Shown: piece after piece, positions 9,466 to 18,526 of the stretch
Layout of the letters: the number at the start of each line of letters is the position of its first letter
Numbering within the stretch: position 1 is the stretch's first letter
Assembly (NCBI GenBank): GCA_040389905.1
Contig: JAZJZK010000005.1
Coordinates: 192,001-256,000 of the forward strand
Reading direction: 5' to 3'
DNA: 64,000 bases
DNA from: Gemmatimonadota bacterium
GTDB lineage: Bacteria > Gemmatimonadota > Gemmatimonadetes > Gemmatimonadales > Gemmatimonadaceae
The notes under the pieces: generated by a model
Databases searched by the model: none
Told to the model about the DNA's origin: nothing
Seen by the model: the letters and a program-made list of their open reading frames with translations, nothing else
Program-made: the position numbers and the translations under genes

Positions 9466-10355
9466 GTCTCGCGAGGCTCCTCCTGCGCGCCATCTTTCTG
9501 GATGGTCGCGAGTCGATGGATGCGTGGCACGCGTGGCAGGCGACAACGCAGCTGGATGACGTCGATCCGGAGTGCTACGCACTCCTTCCGATGCTCTACC
9601 GAAAGCTCGAGCGCGTAGATCCCGACCATCCCGATCTGGGGCGACTGAAGGGAGTGCGGAGGAGAATCTGGCTTGAGAATCAGTTAGTACTTCCTCAAGC
9701 CGCTGCGGCATTACGACGGCTTCACTCGGAGGGAATCGAATCTCTGCTGCTGGGCGAATTGGCCATGGGCACGGCGTACTATCCGGAGAACGGATTGCGC
9801 CAGATTCGCCAGACCGACATCGCTGTCCCACGAGGTGACGCGCGTCGGACGAAAGCGCTCCTTTCGCCAATGGCGTCGACCCTGCGGGTGCACACCAGCA
9901 TCATGTTTTTGGGATGTCCGCGAGAGGTTGAACATCTATGGTGGTCGGAGGCCGCTCACGTTCACATCATGGATGTGCCGTCGCGAGTTCTGGCGCCGGC
10001 CGACCAATTGGTTCACACGCTCGTATCGGCAGGGTCATTGTGGTCGAGCGATCCGGCAACATGGTGGATGGCCGATGCGCTTATCCTCCTCGCAGAGTCG
10101 AATGTCGATATCAACCGCGTCGTGGACATCGCGCGGCGATTGAAGGTGACGGCGTTCCTGCTCGACGCGTTGGAGAGGCTTCGTGCGGCGCTCGGGTGCC
10201 CTGTCGCCTTGAACCTCATCGATGCGCTGCGTACGGCACCGACGTCTCTCGCTGATCGTCTGGAACTCGGATACAGCATCAATTCGCGATGGCAGCGGCC
10301 CCTTCTCTCGTGGTTCATCGCTCCCCCTCGTCGCTTCTACCGCAGCTACACATGA
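9462..10355 (+). CDS. Nucleotidyltransferase-family protein (NTP_transf_5-like), degenerate motifs
   Basis: LLPMLYRKL...RLKG...W.EN, L...GIESLLLG...YYPENGLR...DIAV, DQLVH, WMADA pattern and cluster context. Confidence 0.65.
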   Translation: MSLARLLLRAIFLDGRESMDAWHAWQATTQLDDVDPECYALLPMLYRKLERVDPDHPDLGRLKGVRRRIWLENQLVLPQAAAALRRLHSEGIESLLLGELAMGTAYYPENGLRQIRQTDIAVPRGDARRTKALLSPMASTLRVHTSIMFLGCPREVEHLWWSEAAHVHIMDVPSRVLAPADQLVHTLVSAGSLWSSDPATWWMADALILLAESNVDINRVVDIARRLKVTAFLLDALERLRAALGCPVALNLIDALRTAPTSLADRLELGYSINSRWQRPLLSWFIAPPRRFYRSYT

Positions 10356-11056
10356 CGCTCGTTTCCGTTATTCTGCCCGTCTACAACACCGAAGCGTTCA
10401 TCACTGAAGCGATCGACAGTGTGCTCACGCAGGGTCCGGAACCGCTCGAGTTGATCATCGTCGACGACGGCTCTACCGACGCGACGCCGGACATCGTTGC
10501 CGGATACGGCAGTACGGCGATCAAGTACGCACGACAGGAAAATCGGGGAGCGGCCGCGGCGATGAATGCCGCGGTTCGCCTCATTTCCGGTGAGTGGGTT
10601 GCCTTTCAAAATGCCGACGACGTTTGGCTCCCAGGCAGGCTGCCGTTACAGCGCGCGCTCCTGGATGCGCATCCGGAGGCAGACATCATCATCGGGCACA
10701 TGAAGCGGATGTGGCGCCCCGCCGGCGAGGTGGAGTGGAAGTGCACGGAGAAGGAATTTGCAATGAGCCTCCAGAGTTGCCTCGTTCGTCGCACGGTACT
10801 CGACCGGATCGGATCGTTTGACGAGACGCTTCGCTGCTGCTTCGACTGGGACTGGCTCTTCAGGGCACGCGAGACCGGTGTGTCGTTCCTCACCCATCCA
10901 GAAATCACGCACTACTATCGTCGGCACGAGACGAACATCAGCGGCGAGGCAACAGCCAACCCCGAGGTGGCGATCATCATCAAGCGCTCGCTGGAACGCC
11001 GGCGCGCGAAGGGCATGCAGGGATCGCTCGCGAGTCTCAATCCAAACACCGCGTAG
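10352..11056 (+). CDS. Glycosyltransferase family 2
   Basis: VSVILPVYN, IVDDGSTD, FQNADD (DxD variant), FDWDW. Confidence 0.9.
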   Translation: MTLVSVILPVYNTEAFITEAIDSVLTQGPEPLELIIVDDGSTDATPDIVAGYGSTAIKYARQENRGAAAAMNAAVRLISGEWVAFQNADDVWLPGRLPLQRALLDAHPEADIIIGHMKRMWRPAGEVEWKCTEKEFAMSLQSCLVRRTVLDRIGSFDETLRCCFDWDWLFRARETGVSFLTHPEITHYYRRHETNISGEATANPEVAIIIKRSLERRRAKGMQGSLASLNPNTA

Positions 11057-11135
11057 CGTTTCGCGCATAGCGGAACGCGTGCGTGCACGACATCTTCTGC
11101 CTTCAACGTTCCTTCCTCGCAGCCAACTGGCCCTG

Positions 11136-12053
11136 ATGCCGCTCATCAGCGCGCGCAACCTCACAAAGTCGTATCCTGGCGTTCAGGCACTCGACGGCCT
11201 CACCGTCGATGTAGAGCCTGGCATCATTGGATTCGTCGGCGCCAACGGCGCCGGCAAGAGCACCTTCCTTCGCATTCTGCTCGGCTTGCTCGAACCAACG
11301 AGTGGGAGTGTCTCGGTGCTCGGCCACGACGTCCAGGCTGGCGCGATGGAGCTGCGCGGCCTCGTCGGCTACATGCCGGAAAACGATTGCCTTCCTCTCG
11401 ACCTGAGTGGCACGGACTTCGTCGCGCACATGGCGCAAATCTCCGGCCTTCCGTTTACGGCGGCGCGCGAGCGGGCGGCGGAAATGTTGCGGCACGTGGG
11501 ACTGCACGAGGAGCGATACCGCATGATCGGGAGCTACTCGACCGGCATGAAGCAGCGGATCAAGCTCGCCCAGGCGCTCGCCCACGATCCGCGTCTCTTG
11601 TTGCTGGATGAACCAACGAATGGCCTCGATCCCGAAGGGCGGGACGAAATGCTGGCGCTCGTCGAACGCACTGGTCGAGAGTTCGGCATCGCAGTCGTCG
11701 TCACGTCGCATCTCCTCGGCGAAATCGAACGGGTCTGCGACTCGTTGCTCGCGATCGACGGAGGCAAGCTTCAGTATGCGGGCCCGGTGGCGGCGTTCAC
11801 AGAGCGCAGTCGTCACCTGCTCGTCGAGGTAGACGATGACGTCCCTGAGTTTGCCGCGCAGTTGCGTGCGCGTGGGCTGACGGTCGAGGGAGCAGGTACC
11901 CAGTGGCGCGTTGGTCTCGCGGACGACTCCGTATACGACGTGGTGCGAGACGTGGCGGCGGAGCTCGCCGTTCCCTTGTCGCGACTCGAGGTCGCACGGC
12001 ACAAGCTCGAAGAGCTGTTCCGTCAACCAATTGCCGGAGCCGCCAATGGCTGA
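11136..12053 (+). CDS. ABC transporter ATP-binding protein
   Basis: GANGAGKS, YSTGMKQR, LLLLDEPTNGLDP, SH. Confidence 0.95.
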   Translation: MPLISARNLTKSYPGVQALDGLTVDVEPGIIGFVGANGAGKSTFLRILLGLLEPTSGSVSVLGHDVQAGAMELRGLVGYMPENDCLPLDLSGTDFVAHMAQISGLPFTAARERAAEMLRHVGLHEERYRMIGSYSTGMKQRIKLAQALAHDPRLLLLDEPTNGLDPEGRDEMLALVERTGREFGIAVVVTSHLLGEIERVCDSLLAIDGGKLQYAGPVAAFTERSRHLLVEVDDDVPEFAAQLRARGLTVEGAGTQWRVGLADDSVYDVVRDVAAELAVPLSRLEVARHKLEELFRQPIAGAANG

Positions 12054-12930
12054 CGCACGCACCGCGGGCGCGATCTATGATCTGGGATACCAGAGGTACG
12101 ACGGCGCACGCCTCGGACGGGGATATGCGTTTCGCACCCTTCTCGCCTTCTCGTTCCAAACTGCGTTCGGACTCGGCCGTGGCGAAAAGGCGAAGTTTCT
12201 TCCCATCATCTGCGGCGCGCTCGTCTACATGCCGGCGTTGATCCAGATCGGCGTCGCATCGCTTGCGGGATCGACCCAGTTTCTCAATTACGCGGACCAT
12301 CTGGAGTTCACCGCATTTCTCCTCGCGTTGTTTGCGGCAGGGCAGGCGCCGGAACTGATCGTAGCCGACCGGCAACAGGGCGTTCTTTCACTGTACCTTT
12401 CACGTCCACTGCGGCCGCTGGATTACGCATTCGCCAAGCTCATTGCGCTCTCCGGCGCGATGCTCGTGCTTACGCTTGGACCGCAGCTTGTACTCTTCCT
12501 GGGAAAGATCTTCATCAGCAACAAGCCATGGCCGGCATTCGTCGCCGAGTGGCCCAAGCTCTTTCCCATCCTCGGCGGGTCGTTGCTGGTATCCATCTTC
12601 TTCGCCGCGGTGGGACTCGCGCTGTCGTCCTTCGCAAATCGCAAAGGATACGCGACGGCGTCCGTAATCTCGTTTTTCCTGCTGTCAGGCGCGCTGTCGG
12701 AAATGGTGCAGAAAATTGGCTTCGGAGGCGTGGAGCGATATGCCGTCCTCGCGAGCCCGGCACTCCTGATTTCCGGCTTTGCCAAATGGCTGTTCGAAAT
12801 CGAAGCGCGGAGGCGCTCTGCCGTGGGCCGAGCGGCGCTGCCTGGACATCTCTATCTGGAAGTACTCACTGTCGTGACGATCATTGCCGTCGTGATCCTG
12901 ATTCGACGCTATCAGCGAGGTGAGGAATGA
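12046..12930 (+). CDS. ABC-2 type permease
   Basis: IYDLGYQRYDG, about 6 TM segments, LYLSRPL; coupled to the ATPase gene. Confidence 0.85.
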   Translation: MADARTAGAIYDLGYQRYDGARLGRGYAFRTLLAFSFQTAFGLGRGEKAKFLPIICGALVYMPALIQIGVASLAGSTQFLNYADHLEFTAFLLALFAAGQAPELIVADRQQGVLSLYLSRPLRPLDYAFAKLIALSGAMLVLTLGPQLVLFLGKIFISNKPWPAFVAEWPKLFPILGGSLLVSIFFAAVGLALSSFANRKGYATASVISFFLLSGALSEMVQKIGFGGVERYAVLASPALLISGFAKWLFEIEARRRSAVGRAALPGHLYLEVLTVVTIIAVVILIRRYQRGEE

Positions 12931-13892
12931 CCGCGGCGCAACGAGCCGAGCCGCTCGCGCCAGCCTCTCCGGCGGCAGCGAGCCATAGCGTCGAGCTGCG
13001 GAACGTGTCGCGCTGGTACGGCAACGTCGTGGCGGTGAACGACGTGTCGTGTTCGCTCGGCGCCGGGATCACGGGTCTTCTCGGGCCGAATGGCGCTGGC
13101 AAGACGACGATCCTGCACATGATGGCGGGGCTCCTACGGCCGTCCGCGGGCTCGGTGACCGTCGATGGCGACGCCCCCGCTGGCCGACCCGACGTGTATC
13201 GAACCATCGCGCTGATCCCCGAGCGCGAGTCCGTGCAACCGTTTCTCACCGGCTACGAATTCGTGCTGATGAGCGCAAAGCTGCAGGGACTCCGTGATCC
13301 TGTCTCGGCGGCGAAGCGGTGCATCACGCTCGTGGATCTCGAGAGCGCTCAGGGGCGTAAGATTTCGACGTATTCCAAAGGCATGCGGCAACGCATCAAG
13401 ATCGCCGGTGCGCTCGTGCACGATCCAGGGGTCATTCTCCTCGACGAACCGTTCAACGGGATGGATCCACGGCAACGGATCCAGATGATCGACATGCTGC
13501 GCGGACTCGCGGCTGCGGGATGCGTGATCGTAATCAGCTCGCACATTCTGGAGGAGCTCAATGACCTCGCTTCGAACGTGCTGGTCATGGTTGCCGGCCG
13601 ACTCGCTGCCTCAGGCGATTTCCGCGAGATCCGGCGCCTGATGACGGATCGGCCGCACACCTTCACCACCAAGTCCTCGAACGACCGCGCGCTCGGTGCG
13701 TCGCTCCTGACCGATGCATCGGTGTTTGGCGTCGAACTGACGCCAGATCACATTGTCGTCCGAACGGCAGACCGCGGCGCAATGACGCGGAATCTGGCCG
13801 GCATTTCGCGCGCGGCAGGCATCCGGCTCCTCGAGATTCGTCCGACGGACGAGTCGCTCGAAAGCGTCTTCTCGTACCTGGTGGACCGATGA
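12927..13892 (+). CDS. ABC transporter ATP-binding protein
   Basis: GPNGAGKT, YSKGMRQR, ILLDEPFNGMDP, SSH. Confidence 0.95.
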   Translation: MTAAQRAEPLAPASPAAASHSVELRNVSRWYGNVVAVNDVSCSLGAGITGLLGPNGAGKTTILHMMAGLLRPSAGSVTVDGDAPAGRPDVYRTIALIPERESVQPFLTGYEFVLMSAKLQGLRDPVSAAKRCITLVDLESAQGRKISTYSKGMRQRIKIAGALVHDPGVILLDEPFNGMDPRQRIQMIDMLRGLAAAGCVIVISSHILEELNDLASNVLVMVAGRLAASGDFREIRRLMTDRPHTFTTKSSNDRALGASLLTDASVFGVELTPDHIVVRTADRGAMTRNLAGISRAAGIRLLEIRPTDESLESVFSYLVDR

Positions 13893-14641
13893 ACGCCCCG
13901 CTCGAACGGACGGTGCTCTGGCTGACGTGGAGGCAACTCTTCGCTCGGAAGCGCATCTACCTCGCGATCGCCTTCTCGCTGCTTCCGGTGATCTTCACGC
14001 TGGTTTTCCGCTTCATGGCCGAGGATCGCGAAGGGGCGCGGATGGACTTCTTCAGCGGTTTGAACCGCAACCTCATCCTGGGAACGCTCATCCCGCTCGC
14101 GGCCGCCGTATTCGGAACCACCGCCTTTGGCGGCGAAGTGGATGACGGCACGATCGTCTATCTGCTCGTGAAGCCGATTGCGCGGTGGCGGCTCGTGTTG
14201 TCGAAGTACGTGGTCGCGGTCCTCTCGACGATCGCGGTCATGATTCCCGCGATGGTGCTCCCGTGGTGGATCATGGAAGGCACAGAAGTGACGTACGACA
14301 TGCTGGTGGGATTCATCGCCGGTGGTGCGCTCGGCGTGTCGATCTATTGTGCGATCTTCCTGACCCTTGGACTGGCATCGAAGCGATCGCTGATCCTCTC
14401 CCTGCTGTACGTCATCGGTTTCGAGGCGGTACTTTCGCGGAGTCTCGTTGGCGTCAAGTCGCTGAGCGTGCGCGAGTTCTCCGTTGCGGCGTCGCTCGCC
14501 GCAAGCAACGAATCGCTCACGCTCAAGGAATACGTCGTTCCCATGTCCACCGTGTGGACGATGGGGACGATCTTCCTCGTCGGAGCGATCAGCCTTTGCC
14601 TTTGGAAGCTGTCGCGGTACGAGGTGGCGGAACGGGTTTAG
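13889..14641 (+). CDS. ABC-2 type permease
   Basis: GEVDDGTIVYLLVKPIAR, about 6 TM segments. Confidence 0.85.
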   Translation: MNAPLERTVLWLTWRQLFARKRIYLAIAFSLLPVIFTLVFRFMAEDREGARMDFFSGLNRNLILGTLIPLAAAVFGTTAFGGEVDDGTIVYLLVKPIARWRLVLSKYVVAVLSTIAVMIPAMVLPWWIMEGTEVTYDMLVGFIAGGALGVSIYCAIFLTLGLASKRSLILSLLYVIGFEAVLSRSLVGVKSLSVREFSVAASLAASNESLTLKEYVVPMSTVWTMGTIFLVGAISLCLWKLSRYEVAERV

Positions 14642-15818
14642 GCATCGGTGGCGGTGCCTTGTCCTGGACCTTGAAGCGTACCAGGCCGGGCGTCTTTTTA
14701 TCGACGCCCCAGAGGTGGGAACGATTGACCGTGAGTGGAGTGAAGTTGGCGGGAATCTCCAGGCGCGCGATCGGCTCCCCGCGTTCGTCCAGCACCAACG
14801 CCTCTTGCGTCTGCGCTGAGTCACTGACAGGTCGCAGGAAGATCCACGTACTGTAGTCGTTCCCGATCAGTGCATTGGTCAGGAACGTCTTGAAGAACGG
14901 CGTCCGCTTTGCCAACTCGGCGTGGACCTGTTCCGCAGTCTGCTCGCCGTAGCCATTTCGTGACTTGATCGCGCTGTCGCGAGCCATCTGGGTGATCCGG
15001 ACCACGGGCATCGGATAGCGACGCGCGTAGATCGTGTCGCCATTCTCGTTGAGTGCGACGACGCGAACATTGCCGCTGTCCGTCGCGCTGACGGCCGGTT
15101 CGACAAAGGTGATCCGCTTCCCGTCGGGCGTGACGGACCAGAATCGCTGCGCATGGTAGGGAACGATCATCGTGTGCGGCGTCGCGCGCCCATTTCTGAG
15201 CGTGAGTCGTCCGCGGTCGTCGTCATCGAACTGGGCAACGTCTTTCCGGACCGCGCCACCGTTATCGACCCGGAGCAGGTGTGAGACCTTGCGGTTGAAG
15301 CCGGGCGTGTCGAACAGTGTTCGTGGGCTGAGCGGGATGACGAGCTTCGTGCTGTCCGGGTACACGGCGATGGTTTGCATGGACCCGAACAGCGGATACT
15401 TGCGGCGGTCGGCCCACTTCGGATGTACCCAGGTCGGATCGGGGATGTTGTTGATGATCTTCGCATCACGGTCGAGAATGACAACCTGCTTGAACCAGCC
15501 GTCGCTGACCCAGAGCTTGTCGCCGACCCATCCAATGCGCTCGATCCAACCGATTTCGCTTCGGTCGTTGTATTCCGCCTTGAGCTCCCACGCGAGCGGC
15601 TTGCCTGCGGAATCGTAGGCTTTCAGCGTGTTGCTATTCTTCTTCCCGACGATCGTGCGCCCATCGGGCCCAAGCAGGATCGATCCGACGGGCCAGAGCC
15701 ACTTCTTGTTGAGAATCGTGCTCTCGATGCGCAGGTCTTCCGCGAGGTAGCGCTTCGGGACGGTTTGCTGGGCGCTCGCGCTGAGGCTGACGGCGAGGAG
15801 AAGGATCAGAAATCGCAT
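14589..15818 (-). CDS. Secreted beta-propeller protein (6-bladed-like)
   Basis: Signal peptide MRFLILLLAVSLSASA-Q; repeated blade motifs (LGPDG, YDSAG, LWVSD, VTPDG, LDERG). Confidence 0.6.
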   Translation of the reverse strand: MRFLILLLAVSLSASAQQTVPKRYLAEDLRIESTILNKKWLWPVGSILLGPDGRTIVGKKNSNTLKAYDSAGKPLAWELKAEYNDRSEIGWIERIGWVGDKLWVSDGWFKQVVILDRDAKIINNIPDPTWVHPKWADRRKYPLFGSMQTIAVYPDSTKLVIPLSPRTLFDTPGFNRKVSHLLRVDNGGAVRKDVAQFDDDDRGRLTLRNGRATPHTMIVPYHAQRFWSVTPDGKRITFVEPAVSATDSGNVRVVALNENGDTIYARRYPMPVVRITQMARDSAIKSRNGYGEQTAEQVHAELAKRTPFFKTFLTNALIGNDYSTWIFLRPVSDSAQTQEALVLDERGEPIARLEIPANFTPLTVNRSHLWGVDKKTPGLVRFKVQDKAPPPMPKPVPPPRTATASKGKG

Positions 15819-15880
15819 ATCGTATGGTGGCCGGTAAGCGAGGCAGGCGCAACGATGATCTTTGGCTGAAGCAGCCCGCA

Positions 15881-18451
15881 TCATCGCTCTCGCGTCCAGA
15901 GCAGCAGCGTGCCGCATCCCGCGCCCGTCGCATTGTACTCCGGCGGTGCGACACCTCCGGAGGGATAGAACTCGAGGCCGGACAGTTCGCGAACCTGCAG
16001 CCGGTTTACATCCGGCGGATCCATACTTCCTTCGACGACAGAGTAGTACAGAACACCATCCATGTAGACCGTGACGTAACAGTCCGGCGACTCACACAGT
16101 CGGAGGACACGCCCCGAGCATTGCTTGCGGCTCGAGACCATGTACGTCTCGCCGTGCTTGCCAGGCACGAACATCATGCCAGACACGCGGCTCAAGATGA
16201 CGCTGCCGAGCACTTTCCCGTCTTCCCGCCTCAGCGCGCTGTCCGCCACGAAATAGCCGGCCACCTGACGCGCACGCCGTTCCTCGAAGCCGCGCAGCGC
16301 CGGAGACGCATACGCCGGCGACGCGACGGTGCGATTCGTATCGAGCAATGTGGCCTGCGAGGTGAGAACGAAATCATGCCTCGTCTCGACGCCGGCGCCG
16401 AGTGTGAGCGTGTCGCGCTCGAGGCGATATCCGATGCTGCGCGCCTGTGCGAACGCACGGCCCGGCGAGAGCCCATTCAGGCGAAACCGTCCGGACGAAT
16501 CCGTCGTGGCATGCCGGTCCAACGCGGGGAGCCAGATGTCGGCTCCGGCGATGGGCCCCCCATTATCACTCCGCGTGACTCGGCCAACGAGAACCGCCGC
16601 CTTGGGTGCGACGGCTCTCTCGAGCGCCCTCGCATCGACAGGCCAATCGACAACAATCACCGACGAGTCTGGTCGGACCAGCACGCGCATCTCCGCGTAG
16701 GATGCGTTCCCCTTGTTCAGCATCAGCAACACGACGTGGTGGTATGGAACTCCGCAAATCGAGAAGCGGCCTTGATCGTCGAGTTCGACTGTTTGTGTTT
16801 CCTGCTCGGAGATTGACTGCGGACGAAGCCACGCAGCCGTGACCTTTGCATCGCGGGGCAGTCGCACGCGCGTCGTGGTGTCCGTCACGCGTCCCATGAT
16901 GATTCCGGATGTTCCCACCGCGGGTGTCGACCCGCAGAGTGACCCCGCGATCTTGTCACGGGAGGGCATCATGATCGGCGGCTGCGTTGCATGACGCAAC
17001 GCCGTTGCCGTCGCCGGATCGCCGACTTCCAATTGTGCCAGCCGTTCCGCGCGCTGCCGCGCCTCGCTCATGGTGTTGCTCGATGTGGCGCCGAGCGTCG
17101 CAGCGACCGCTCCGCCGACCGTGGTCTCGAAGCTCCAGGATCGCGGGCCAATGAAGCGCGACAGCGAGGTGTCGATTACGGTTACTCGGTAGCGGCCGGG
17201 CACCCACGGTGAGAACTCGAAACGCCCGAGACTGTCGGTCGCGACGGTGTCCCCCGTTGCAGGGACGATGATGAGCGCGCCGACAATTGGCTTGCGCGTT
17301 CCCTCCTCCTGCACCGCGCCGAAAAGCGGTTGAAGCGAGAGCTGCCAGTGCACGTCGTCTGGCCAGGAGGCGCTCAGCACCACGCCTCCTGACGTTCCGA
17401 TCTGGCTATCAGGACTCTGTCGAAGCGTGACGCCTCGACTCGGCAGGCGCTGTCCACCATTTGTCGCGCCGCGCTGCACGATTCCCTGCATGACTGGGAT
17501 ATGCAGTTTCCATTCGTCGACGAACACCACACCGTTGGGCATCGTGCGGAAGTAGATGGCGCCGGCTGCGCCAGCGCGTTCCCACGCTGGATCGCCCCCC
17601 GTGTATCGATACTCGAGGGAGCGCAGCGACGGATTGGTTGACTCCATCCACAATGTGCCGCGCACGTCCATGAGCCGCTCTCGTCCGCGCGCGGGCTCGA
17701 AGCCGAGGCCTATGGCACCAGGGTGTGCGGCGTCGGGCGGTTGCACGCTGAAACAATGCGTCGCGGCGAAGCTGTCGTCGAGCAGGACATCGGCATCAGG
17801 GCCCTTGAACCAGCGACCATCCGCATTCTCCACGAGGTATCCCTGCTCGGCGAGCGCCGCCGGTGCGTCCGCGGCGACGAATGGGCGAGTGGTCCTTCCG
17901 GTTGCGAGGCGCGTGGCTTGCTGGAGGACGAGGCCACCGCGTGCCGTGACGCGCTCGTAGGTGAGATTCATTACCGTACTCGGATGCGATTCACGCGCGA
18001 CGATCGACGCGAGGAGTGCCGCGCGCGCTTGCTCCCACAACGAGAGCGCGTCCGTGCGATCGCGATCAGTCGAGCAGATGCGGTCGTCGTTGACAAAGCG
18101 CGTGGACAATAGCGAACCGACTTTCGTCAGCGCAAAGTCCAGCGTCGGACGTGCGGCGCGTGGTGTCGCCAAGGCGATGACGCGTGGCTGATACCCGATG
18201 CGCACGACACGTAGTTGTGTTGCCGACGCGGGCAGGTCAACCGAGTAGCGTCCGTCTTCGCCGGTGATGGCGCGCGACAACGCAATGCGATTCGCATCGA
18301 GCACGACGACAACGACGCCGGATAACGGCGCAACCGACCCCGTATCTCGCGCGATACCTGTGAGCCGCTGCGCGTTGGCGCTCGAAACGAACAAAAGGAG
18401 TGCCACGATAGTGGCACACCAGATCGTGATCCGGTCTCGGGTATCGGTCAT
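15881..18451 (-). CDS. Secreted protein with three carboxypeptidase-regulatory-like domains and a C-terminal TonB plug-like domain, no barrel
   Basis: Signal peptide; repeats of G.V......PI.GA.....TD..GRF...RIGY; C-terminal VYMDG...LEFYP...GCGTLLLWTR. Confidence 0.75.
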   Translation of the reverse strand: MTDTRDRITIWCATIVALLLFVSSANAQRLTGIARDTGSVAPLSGVVVVVLDANRIALSRAITGEDGRYSVDLPASATQLRVVRIGYQPRVIALATPRAARPTLDFALTKVGSLLSTRFVNDDRICSTDRDRTDALSLWEQARAALLASIVARESHPSTVMNLTYERVTARGGLVLQQATRLATGRTTRPFVAADAPAALAEQGYLVENADGRWFKGPDADVLLDDSFAATHCFSVQPPDAAHPGAIGLGFEPARGRERLMDVRGTLWMESTNPSLRSLEYRYTGGDPAWERAGAAGAIYFRTMPNGVVFVDEWKLHIPVMQGIVQRGATNGGQRLPSRGVTLRQSPDSQIGTSGGVVLSASWPDDVHWQLSLQPLFGAVQEEGTRKPIVGALIIVPATGDTVATDSLGRFEFSPWVPGRYRVTVIDTSLSRFIGPRSWSFETTVGGAVAATLGATSSNTMSEARQRAERLAQLEVGDPATATALRHATQPPIMMPSRDKIAGSLCGSTPAVGTSGIIMGRVTDTTTRVRLPRDAKVTAAWLRPQSISEQETQTVELDDQGRFSICGVPYHHVVLLMLNKGNASYAEMRVLVRPDSSVIVVDWPVDARALERAVAPKAAVLVGRVTRSDNGGPIAGADIWLPALDRHATTDSSGRFRLNGLSPGRAFAQARSIGYRLERDTLTLGAGVETRHDFVLTSQATLLDTNRTVASPAYASPALRGFEERRARQVAGYFVADSALRREDGKVLGSVILSRVSGMMFVPGKHGETYMVSSRKQCSGRVLRLCESPDCYVTVYMDGVLYYSVVEGSMDPPDVNRLQVRELSGLEFYPSGGVAPPEYNATGAGCGTLLLWTRER

Positions 18452-18526
18452 AAGAGGATTCTACGACGTCTGCGAATGGCACGCCATACGACGTATCTTT
18501 CGCCACTCCTTCTGACCGCCGAGTCG

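Noticed and set aside
6553..11056. Calling the cluster PQQ biosynthesis or a complete lasso peptide cluster
   Set aside because: No pqqA/B/C/E, lasso cyclase or B2 peptidase is present.
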